Position numbers and translations under genes: made by a program. Shown in pieces: positions 41,007 through 48,376 of a stretch of 64,000 bases of DNA (its first letter is position 1; every line of letters starts with the position of its first letter). Where the stretch lies: the NCBI GenBank assembly GCA_023388955.1, contig JAEWFH010000025.1, positions 2,147 to 66,146 of the forward strand, read 5' to 3'. The DNA comes from Pseudomonadota bacterium. Lineage in GTDB: Bacteria > Pseudomonadota > Gammaproteobacteria > Xanthomonadales > Xanthomonadaceae. Under the pieces are notes generated by a model. It searched no databases and was not told the DNA's origin. It worked only from the letters and a program-made list of their open reading frames with translations.

Positions 41007-41601
41007 GGTCTTCCTCGGGTGTGTCGCTGGCGCTGGTATGCGTACGGGCCCCATCGGAGGCGGCCTGCCTGAACTCGGGGGTGCGGGTCAGCCTTTCCAG
41101 GCTGAAGATGCCCCAGTCGTGGTCGTCCAGGCGGAAGGCCTGGTCGATGAAGTGCGAATAACGGCCGGCGGTGATGCCGGAAGCAGCCAGGACTCCCGCG
41201 TCCAGCCGCCCCGCGGGCACAAAGCTGCGCTGGCCGAACAGCTCGTCGATCAGCACCGCCACGTTGCCCCCCTCCTGCCGGATCACCAGCATCCGCTGGC
41301 TCTCGTGCAAAACGGTGCGGACGCCTTCCAGGAACAGCTTCAGGTCGGCGACCGGCAGCAGGTTGCCGCGGACGTTGGCCAGCCCCAGCATCCACGGCTG
41401 CGAGCCGGGAACCGGGGTGACCTGGGGCAGCGGCAGGATCTCGACCACCTCGTCGAAGTCCGACGCCAGCCGGCGGCGGCCGATGCGGTAGCCCACCCCG
41501 CGCCACAGGCCCGGGGTGTCGAGCTGCTCCGGAAGGCCCGCAACATGGGCCATGCTGCGGCGCTCGTAGTCGAGCAGGATGTCGAAGGCATCCAGCGCCA
41601 T
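40996..41601 (-). CDS. pilI: CheW-like protein PilI
   Basis: [36 protein letters not shown]. Confidence 0.92.
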   Translation of the reverse strand: MALDAFDILLDYERRSMAHVAGLPEQLDTPGLWRGVGYRIGRRRLASDFDEVVEILPLPQVTPVPGSQPWMLGLANVRGNLLPVADLKLFLEGVRTVLHESQRMLVIRQEGGNVAVLIDELFGQRSFVPAGRLDAGVLAASGITAGRYSHFIDQAFRLDDHDWGIFSLERLTRTPEFRQAASDGARTHTSASDTPEEDHEH

Positions 41602-41615
41602 GGCAGCCAGGCCGG

Positions 41616-41981
41616 TCACTGCTCCAGCAACGCGTTGATGCGCGCGACCAGATCGTCCTCGCGCGGCGGCTTGACGATGTAGTCGCGTGCACCCTGGCGC
41701 AGCCCCCAGGCCTTGTCGGTTTCCATGCCCTTGGTACTGACGATCAACACCGGGATCGAGCGGGTGTCGTCATCCCGGGACAGCGCCCGGGTGGCCTGGA
41801 ACCCGTTCATGCCGGGCAGGATGATGTCCATCAGCACCAGGTCCGGCCGCTCGCGGCGGCAGATCTCGATGCCGTCCTCGGCATTGTCCGAGGCAAGTAC
41901 GTGGTGCCCGTTGCGTTCCAGCAACTGGGTCAGGACGGCCGTATCGGTCGGCGAATCCTCGATCAGCAGGATGCGTGCCAT
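41616..41981 (-). CDS. pilH: Single-domain response regulator PilH
   Basis: MARILLIEDSPT, LMDIILPGMNGFQATR, TDKAWGLRQGA. Confidence 0.93.
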   Translation of the reverse strand: MARILLIEDSPTDTAVLTQLLERNGHHVLASDNAEDGIEICRRERPDLVLMDIILPGMNGFQATRALSRDDDTRSIPVLIVSTKGMETDKAWGLRQGARDYIVKPPREDDLVARINALLEQ

Positions 41982-42006
41982 GAATCCCCCACCCCCCTGG
42001 GGCGAA

Positions 42007-42402
42007 TCAGTTGTTGACGTGGGTACGGATCGCGTCGAGGAGCTCCTCACGCGTGAACGGCTTGGTGAGGTACTGCTCGGAACCGACGATCCGGCCGCGC
42101 GCCTTGTCGAACAGCCCGTCCCTGGACGAGAGCATGATGACCGGCGTGGCCTTGAAAACCTGGTTGTTCTTGATCAGCGCACAGGTCTGGTAGCCGTCCA
42201 GCCGCGGCATCATGATGTCGACGAAGATGATCTGCGGCTGCTGGTCGGCGATCTTGGCGAGCGCCTCGAACCCGTCGGTGGCGGTGACCACCTCGCACCC
42301 TTCGCGCTTGAGCAGGGTCTCGGCGGTCCTGCGGATGGTCTTCGAATCGTCGATGACCATGACCCGCAAGCCTTCGAGGCTCCTGCGACCTTCTTCCTGC
42401 AT
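42007..42402 (-). CDS. pilG: Single-domain response regulator PilG
   Basis: VMVIDDSKTIRRTAETLL, FVDIMMPRLDGYQTCALIK, GLFDKARGRIVGS. Confidence 0.96.
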   Translation of the reverse strand: MQEEGRRSLEGLRVMVIDDSKTIRRTAETLLKREGCEVVTATDGFEALAKIADQQPQIIFVDIMMPRLDGYQTCALIKNNQVFKATPVIMLSSRDGLFDKARGRIVGSEQYLTKPFTREELLDAIRTHVNN

Positions 42403-42605
42403 GTGACTGACACCCCTGTGACGATGCACCCGACGCGGATCCCCATCGCGTCGCGAGACGCCCTTTATTTCAAGCAAGCGCCCGGGTGTCAAGCCGTGAC
42501 GGCACCAGACGGCCCCGTCGCGACGCCCGTCACGCCCCGTGCCGGCACGGCCCGGCCGGCACCGCGTCGCTGGTAGGATCGGCACAGGACACCGTCGGCC
42601 CCGCC

Positions 42606-43580
42606 ATGCCACTCGAAATCGTCGTCGTGATGGACCCGATCGGGTCGATCAACATCGCCAAGGACTCCACCTTCGCCATGCTGCTGGAAGCCCAGCGGCG
42701 CGGACACCGGCTGCACTACGTGCGTCCCGGCGGCCTGGCCGTGGACCACGGCACCGCGGTGGCCACGATGGCGCCGCTGCAGGTACGCGAGGACCCGTCT
42801 GGCTGGTACCAGCTCGGGGACTGGGCGACGGTGCCGCTGGGCCGTGGCCACGTGGTGCTGGTGCGCACCGACCCGCCGGTCGACGCCGAGTACATCCACG
42901 ACACCCAGGTGCTGGGCCTGGCACAGGGTGCCGGGGCCATGGTCGTCAACGACCCGCAGGGCCTGCGCGACTACAACGAGAAGCTGGCCGCGCTGCTGTT
43001 CCCGCAGTGCTGCCCGCCGACCCTGGTCAGCCGCGATGCGGCGGCCCTGAAAGCCTTCCTGGCCACGCACCGCCGCGCGGTGCTCAAGCCGCTGGACGGC
43101 ATGGGCGGGCGCTCGATCTTCCTGCTCGACCACGGCGAGCCCAACACCAACGTGGTGCTGGAGACCCTGACCCAGGGGGGCCGCAGCCTGGCGATGGCGC
43201 AGCAGTACCTGCCGGAGATCTCCGAGGGCGACAAGCGCATCCTCCTGGTCGACGGCGAACCGGTGGACTACTGCCTGGCGCGGATCCCGCAGGGCGACGA
43301 GTTCCGCGGCAACCTGGCCACGGGCGGCCGCGGCGAGGGCCGGCCGCTCAGCGACCGCGACCGCTGGATCGCCGCCCAGGTGGGCCCGGAGATGAAGCGC
43401 CGCGGCATGGTCTTCGTCGGCCTGGACGTCATCGGCGACTGGCTCACCGAGGTCAACGTCACCAGTCCGACCTGCATCCGCGAGCTGGACGCGCAGTTCG
43501 GCCTGAACATCGCCGGACAGCTGTTCGACGCCATCGAGGCACGCGCCGGGACCACGCCGGCGGTCCCGCCCGCGGACTGA
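42606..43580 (+). CDS. gshB: Glutathione synthetase
   Basis: VMDPI...KDSTFAML, NEKL, KPLDGMGG, EGDKRI, RGNLATGG, TEVNVTSPT; divergent from pilG. Confidence 0.96.
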   Translation: MPLEIVVVMDPIGSINIAKDSTFAMLLEAQRRGHRLHYVRPGGLAVDHGTAVATMAPLQVREDPSGWYQLGDWATVPLGRGHVVLVRTDPPVDAEYIHDTQVLGLAQGAGAMVVNDPQGLRDYNEKLAALLFPQCCPPTLVSRDAAALKAFLATHRRAVLKPLDGMGGRSIFLLDHGEPNTNVVLETLTQGGRSLAMAQQYLPEISEGDKRILLVDGEPVDYCLARIPQGDEFRGNLATGGRGEGRPLSDRDRWIAAQVGPEMKRRGMVFVGLDVIGDWLTEVNVTSPTCIRELDAQFGLNIAGQLFDAIEARAGTTPAVPPAD

Positions 43581-43585
43581 ATCCG

Positions 43586-44455
43586 ATGGCAACGGCGGCA
43601 CACGGGTTCCCTGGCTCCAGCCAGCGCCTGGGCGCGACCATGGCGCTGTCGCTGGCGCTGCACGCGATCCTTTTGCTGGGCGTGGGCTTCACGCTGCACC
43701 AGGCGGCCCCGGTGGTGCCGACCCTGGACGTCATCCTGACCCGCACCACCACGGCACTCACCCCGGAACAGGCCGACTTCCTGGCCCAGGCCAACAACCA
43801 GGGCGGCGGCGAGCACGAGCGCAGCACGCGGCCGCGGGAGAACCAGTCCGGCCCGCTTCCCCAGCCGGCCACCGGGCTGGCCGCGCAACAGCTGCGTGCC
43901 CAGGCGCCCGAACCGCAGCCAGCACCCGAGTCCCGGGTGGTGGACAGTGCCCGCGGCGACGCCTCCACCGCGGTCGCACGCGAGGCACCCGACCCGGAAA
44001 CCCGCCCGCTGCCGCGGGGCCCCGAGCGCATCGCCCACGACATGGAGATGGCGCGGCTGGCCGCGGAGATCCACCTGCGCTCGGAGGCCTATGCCAAACG
44101 CCCCACGCGCAAGTTCGTCTCCGCCAGCACCACCGAGTACGCGTGGGCCGGCTACCTGCGCGAGTGGGTCGACCGGGTCGAGCGCGTGGGCAACCTCAAC
44201 TATCCCGACGAGGCGCGCCGCCGCCAGCTGGCCGGCGAGGTGGTGATCAGCGTCGCGGTGCGGCGCGACGGCAGCGTCGAACAGTCGCGGATCCTGCGCA
44301 GCAGCGGCATCCCGCTGCTGGACGACTCGGCACTGCGCATCGCCACGCTGGCCGAGCCCTACCCTCCGCTGCCGCGCACCGAGGAGGATCCCGACATCCT
44401 GCACGTGACGCGGACCTGGGCCTTCCTGGCGGGCGGGGAACTGGTGGACCGCTGA
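43586..44455 (+). CDS. TonB-family energy transducer
   Basis: N-terminal TM with SLALH, DFLAQANNQGGG, C-terminal TonB domain (VERVGNLNYP...SSGIPLLDDSA...ILHVTRTW). Confidence 0.88.
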   Translation: MATAAHGFPGSSQRLGATMALSLALHAILLLGVGFTLHQAAPVVPTLDVILTRTTTALTPEQADFLAQANNQGGGEHERSTRPRENQSGPLPQPATGLAAQQLRAQAPEPQPAPESRVVDSARGDASTAVAREAPDPETRPLPRGPERIAHDMEMARLAAEIHLRSEAYAKRPTRKFVSASTTEYAWAGYLREWVDRVERVGNLNYPDEARRRQLAGEVVISVAVRRDGSVEQSRILRSSGIPLLDDSALRIATLAEPYPPLPRTEEDPDILHVTRTWAFLAGGELVDR

Positions 44456-44594
44456 GCCGCCGGTTGCCGCCCCCGAAGCCCGGGCCGGCAACGGGCATCT
44501 GGCAGTTGGCGCCGGGGGTTTGCGTTGTCTGGAGGGCCCGGGGAGACCGGGTGCGGCCGGGCCGCCGTACGGCCCGTCACTCCGGAGTCCCGCC

Positions 44595-45827
44595 ATGCCC
44601 CGCATCAAGCCCCGCCTCGTACCCGTGATCGCCGCGGGTGCCGTGCTCGCATCCTCGCCCGCCCTCGCACAGCCGCCGCAGGCCGAGCTCCATATCGACG
44701 TCGCCACCCACAGTGCCCCGGGGATGCCCGGCATGGGCGCGGCCGGACGCCTGGCCGGCCTGATGGGCGGCGGCAGCCAGGCCAGTTACGGCATGGCCCG
44801 CCACCCCGCGATGCCGGGCAAATACCTGGACATCGCCCTGTACAACCGCAACGCCCCGGGGACCCCCGCCCGCCAGGCGATCCCCGAAGGCGCGCGGATG
44901 GGCCCGCACCTGGAACTGCTGCCCCCGCCGCGCCCGGTCGCCGCCGCCCGTGACGGGAGTTCCGTCGCCGACGGGCTCGGCCGTGGGGACGGCGGGCGCG
45001 GCCGGATCCTCCACTACTGGGGCTGCGGCGAGCAGGTCGGCCCCGGCCAGCCGCGCGAGTTCAGCTTCGAGGTCCGCGACGGGACCGTCCACACCACCGG
45101 CGATGCCCCGGCCCCCCGTGCCATCGCCGATGCGGGGATCAGCGCAGGCCCCGAGTTCGGCCTGTGGCCCAACGAAACCCACGGCCGCGCGGTGCCGGCC
45201 GACTCGTCACTGCGCGGCGGCCACCAGGTGAGCGGCGAAGCACTGCCCCCCTCCCTGCAGTTCGAGTTGCAGCGGGCGCACGACTTCATGCCGGCGCTGC
45301 AGGCCGAGCGCAACGGCTCGGCGGCGGACGGCCTGGTCCTGCAGTGGCAGCCGGTGGATGGCGCCCGCGCGTACTTCCTGCATGCGATGGGCAACCGCGG
45401 CGCGGATACCGTGGTGATGTGGAGCAGCTCGGAGGTCGGCAATGCCGGGCCGGAGCTGATGAACTACCTGACCAGCGCCCAGGCCGACCAGTGGGTACGC
45501 GAGAAGGTATTGCTGGACGGCGACGTGCGCTCGTGCCGCATCCCCCGCGAGGTCTTCGCCGCCGCCGACGGTGCCACCGCTGAACCGATGGTGCAGATGA
45601 TCGCCTATGGCGGCGACAGCCTGATCGCCCAGCCCCGGCCGGCGGACGCGGGCCCGGACTGGACTCCGGAATGGAACGTGCACGTGCGCAACAAGTCCAC
45701 GGCGATGCTGATGCCGGGCATGGACGCGGTGTCGATGCCGGCCGCCAAGGACGTGGCCGAGGAAACCGGCAAGGACCAGGTCAAGCGCGCCGCTCGCGGC
45801 CTGCTGCGCGGGATCCTGGGGCGCTGA
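44595..45827 (+). CDS. Exported protein of unknown function (410 aa)
   Basis: Signal peptide ending ALA-Q; globular-looking sequence with HYWGCG and SCRIP cysteines; GGAG upstream of ATG. Confidence 0.8.
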   Translation: MPRIKPRLVPVIAAGAVLASSPALAQPPQAELHIDVATHSAPGMPGMGAAGRLAGLMGGGSQASYGMARHPAMPGKYLDIALYNRNAPGTPARQAIPEGARMGPHLELLPPPRPVAAARDGSSVADGLGRGDGGRGRILHYWGCGEQVGPGQPREFSFEVRDGTVHTTGDAPAPRAIADAGISAGPEFGLWPNETHGRAVPADSSLRGGHQVSGEALPPSLQFELQRAHDFMPALQAERNGSAADGLVLQWQPVDGARAYFLHAMGNRGADTVVMWSSSEVGNAGPELMNYLTSAQADQWVREKVLLDGDVRSCRIPREVFAAADGATAEPMVQMIAYGGDSLIAQPRPADAGPDWTPEWNVHVRNKSTAMLMPGMDAVSMPAAKDVAEETGKDQVKRAARGLLRGILGR

Positions 45828-45878
45828 GCACCGCTGGTCGCGCCACCGCCACCGCGGCCGGGGAACCCGGCGGCCGGC

Positions 45879-46607
45879 TCAGCCGCCGCGGCTGGCGCGC
45901 AGGGCCTGTTGCTCGGCGATCGTCAGCGCGACCTGGTTGCGCAGGTAGGCCGGTTCCACGTCCTGGGGGGCCACCGCCCCACCCTGCGCCCACGCACGGG
46001 CGGCCAGCCGGGCCAGCTGGCCCGCCCGCGGCAGGGCCGTTGCATCGGCCGCCTGCAGCCGGCCCGCCAGCCGCCCGGACAGGGCCCCGTCCTGCGCGTC
46101 CAGGCCGGTCCCCACGCCCAGCCAGCCCCCCTGCCCCTCCCCGGCCAGGGCGACGGCATCGGGCGGACCGACGGTCTCGGTGCCGAGCGCCACCAGGTTC
46201 CCTCCATCGAGCTGGAAACTGCCGGCGTAGACCTCCTGCATGCGCGCATCCAGGGTGGCCAGGACCCGGGCGGTGCCGGTACCGGGCGGGGCGAGGCGGT
46301 TGGCTTCCATCGCCAGCACCGCGAGCGTCGAGACCGGCAGCAACGGCCGGTCCAGCCCCAGGGCCAGGCCCTGCGCGACCGCGATGCCCAGGCGCACCCC
46401 GGTGAAAGCGCCCGGCCCGCGGCTGACCGCGACTGCATCCAGCTGCGAGCGCGCCACGCCGGCCTCGTCCAGCACCTGGCCACACCAGGGCAGGACCAGC
46501 TCGGCATGGCGACGCGGTGCCAGCTCGAAGCGCTCCACCACCTCGTCGCCGTGCAGCACGGCGACCGAGCAGGCCTCGGTGGAAGTTTCGATGGCAAGCA
46601 GGATCAT
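45879..46607 (-). CDS. tsaB: tRNA threonylcarbamoyladenosine biosynthesis protein TsaB
   Basis: LLAIETSTEACSVA, RGPGAFTGVRLG, LDARMQEVY, EPAYLR. Confidence 0.95.
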   Translation of the reverse strand: MILLAIETSTEACSVAVLHGDEVVERFELAPRRHAELVLPWCGQVLDEAGVARSQLDAVAVSRGPGAFTGVRLGIAVAQGLALGLDRPLLPVSTLAVLAMEANRLAPPGTGTARVLATLDARMQEVYAGSFQLDGGNLVALGTETVGPPDAVALAGEGQGGWLGVGTGLDAQDGALSGRLAGRLQAADATALPRAGQLARLAARAWAQGGAVAPQDVEPAYLRNQVALTIAEQQALRASRGG

Positions 46608-46668
46608 TGCGGCGGTGTCCGCGGGCGGGCCGGACAGGGTACCGCCCGCCGGCGGCGCCGGGGAACGC

Positions 46669-47253
46669 TCAGCGCACCAGGTCGGCGCGGGGCGTGATCG
46701 GGCCGAAGTCGACCGCCCCGGACGGGTCGCGCATGCACGGGGTGTTGAAGAACCCGACCACGTAGGTGTCCGGGCCGGCTTCGAAGCCGGAGTCGAGCAC
46801 CCAGTCGTTGCCATCCGGATCGCGTGCACCCAGGTTGATGCCACCGTTCTCGAGCCGGCGCCAGCGGGTGATCTCCCAGCCATCGTCGCGCCAGCGGTCG
46901 TGCACGCCATCAAGGATGCGGGCGGCGTCGTTGCCCGGCGCCACTGCCCGGGTCCCCACCCAGACCGTGTAGATGTCGTCGCGCTGCTCGCCTTCACTGC
47001 CGGCGCAGCGGTTGGCGCGGACCTCGAACTTCTCGCGCCGCAACGGCAGGCTGTCGAGGAAGGCTTCCACCTGGGGAGCGAACGCCTGCGCGGCGTCCCG
47101 GCTGGGCTTGGTCTGCATGGCTTCCTTCTCTACACCGTCGGCCGGTGCGCGGCAACCGGCAACCAGCAAGAATGTGAACGCGCACATGGCAAGGGCCACG
47201 CCGGCGGGTGCGCGGCGTGGCCCTGGATGGCGTGCGTCCTGCGGGCGGCTCAA
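46669..47253 (-). CDS. Lipoprotein of unknown function (candidate immunity protein)
   Basis: TTG start overlapping the upstream TGA (alternative ATG 47187); lipobox LVAG-C; two further Cys (NRC, TPC) and W-RDDGW motif. Confidence 0.78.
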   Translation of the reverse strand: MSRPQDARHPGPRRAPAGVALAMCAFTFLLVAGCRAPADGVEKEAMQTKPSRDAAQAFAPQVEAFLDSLPLRREKFEVRANRCAGSEGEQRDDIYTVWVGTRAVAPGNDAARILDGVHDRWRDDGWEITRWRRLENGGINLGARDPDGNDWVLDSGFEAGPDTYVVGFFNTPCMRDPSGAVDFGPITPRADLVR

Positions 47254-48314
47254 CCCAGGCGCCTGCGCTCGGTGGTCACCTGCCCATACTCGCCGGTGAT
47301 GATGTACGCCTGGTTGCGCAGCGACTCGCTGCCGTTGTCCCAGTAGGACGAATGCCCGGACAGGTCACCGGTGGCAATGCGCTGCCCCCCGAAGCTCCAG
47401 TCCACCGGGCTGTTGCCGTGGGCCTGGGTATAGGTGACCACGTCGTTGCTGTTGGCGCCGGCCCAGAAATGGTCGGCGTCGATGTTCATCTCGTCGACGT
47501 CGCCGAGGGTGATGTCGTCGAACAGGCCGACGTTGGAAGGCTGCTCGTAGCCCATGCCCGGGCTGCCCATGGCGATGATGTCGTTGGCGCCCAGCCCGCC
47601 GTCGAGCGCATCGGCGGTGCCGACCACGGTCGAGCCGTAGGAATGGCCGACCACGGTGATGCGGGCATCGCCGTTGGCCTCGGCCAGGCCCTGGGTGAAG
47701 GACTGCAGGGCCGGTGCACCGTCGGTGGCATAGCCCGGCAGCACGGCGGCGGGGATGTGGTCCGGCGCGTCATAGCCGAGCCAGGCGATGGTCACGGTGT
47801 CGCCGGAGCCGGGGACCATTTCCGACTGGGCGCGCAGGTCGTCGGCGCGGTCGAGCGAGCCGCCGAAGTTGCCCAGGTCGCTGCCGGTGCCCGGGACGTA
47901 GACGGCGAGGTTGTCCGCGTTGTCCGGGTTGCCGATGGAGGCGACCACCTTCGCGTCTTCGCCGCCGCGGCCGGGGGGCTGGTAGTCGAGCAGGTGGATG
48001 CGCTCGCCCTCCGGCCCGTTCCAGGACTGCTCGATGCGGTCCAGCAGCGCCCGCGCCTCGGTCGGCTGGCTGCCGTTGGCGGCGTCCTCGCGCAATACCT
48101 GCAGGTTCGCTTCGTGGCGCACCTCGGCCGGCAACCCGTCCATGCTGCCCAGCGCGGCGGGCTGGTACGCCGAATACGCTTGCTGTTCCATGGCGGAAAG
48201 CCCGCCCCACCATTGCGCGGCGGACGCGGCGTCCATGTCGGCCGGCGGTGGCACCGGGCACCAGGTGGGACCCTGTTGCAGGGACTGGGTGTCGAAGGAA
48301 ACCGGACCGGTCAT
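47250..48314 (-). CDS. Alpha/beta hydrolase of DUF1023/Abhydrolase_8 type (putative lipase), no signal peptide
   Basis: 354 aa; WWGGLS...GSMDGLPAEVRHEAN, GNPDNADNLAVYVPGT, AWLGYDAP, GHSYGS nucleophile elbow, GSPG, NDVV, GHSSYW; SD GGAG upstream. Confidence 0.88.
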   Translation of the reverse strand: MTGPVSFDTQSLQQGPTWCPVPPPADMDAASAAQWWGGLSAMEQQAYSAYQPAALGSMDGLPAEVRHEANLQVLREDAANGSQPTEARALLDRIEQSWNGPEGERIHLLDYQPPGRGGEDAKVVASIGNPDNADNLAVYVPGTGSDLGNFGGSLDRADDLRAQSEMVPGSGDTVTIAWLGYDAPDHIPAAVLPGYATDGAPALQSFTQGLAEANGDARITVVGHSYGSTVVGTADALDGGLGANDIIAMGSPGMGYEQPSNVGLFDDITLGDVDEMNIDADHFWAGANSNDVVTYTQAHGNSPVDWSFGGQRIATGDLSGHSSYWDNGSESLRNQAYIITGEYGQVTTERRRLG

Positions 48315-48376
48315 GGCGTGGCTCCACATCCATGGAGTAGGAATGGGCCGATACAAACACACCCCGGGCACGCGGA

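Noticed and set aside
45857..45871. Hairpin GCCGGG-GAA-CCCGGC similar to the 18661 terminator; also a hairpin at 63301-63328
   Set aside because: Short GC-only stems without U-tracts; cannot be called terminators or a repeat family with confidence.
46608..48376. Mobile-element signatures around the lipase/lipoprotein islet
   Set aside because: No transposase, integrase, terminal inverted repeats or convincing target-site duplication seen.
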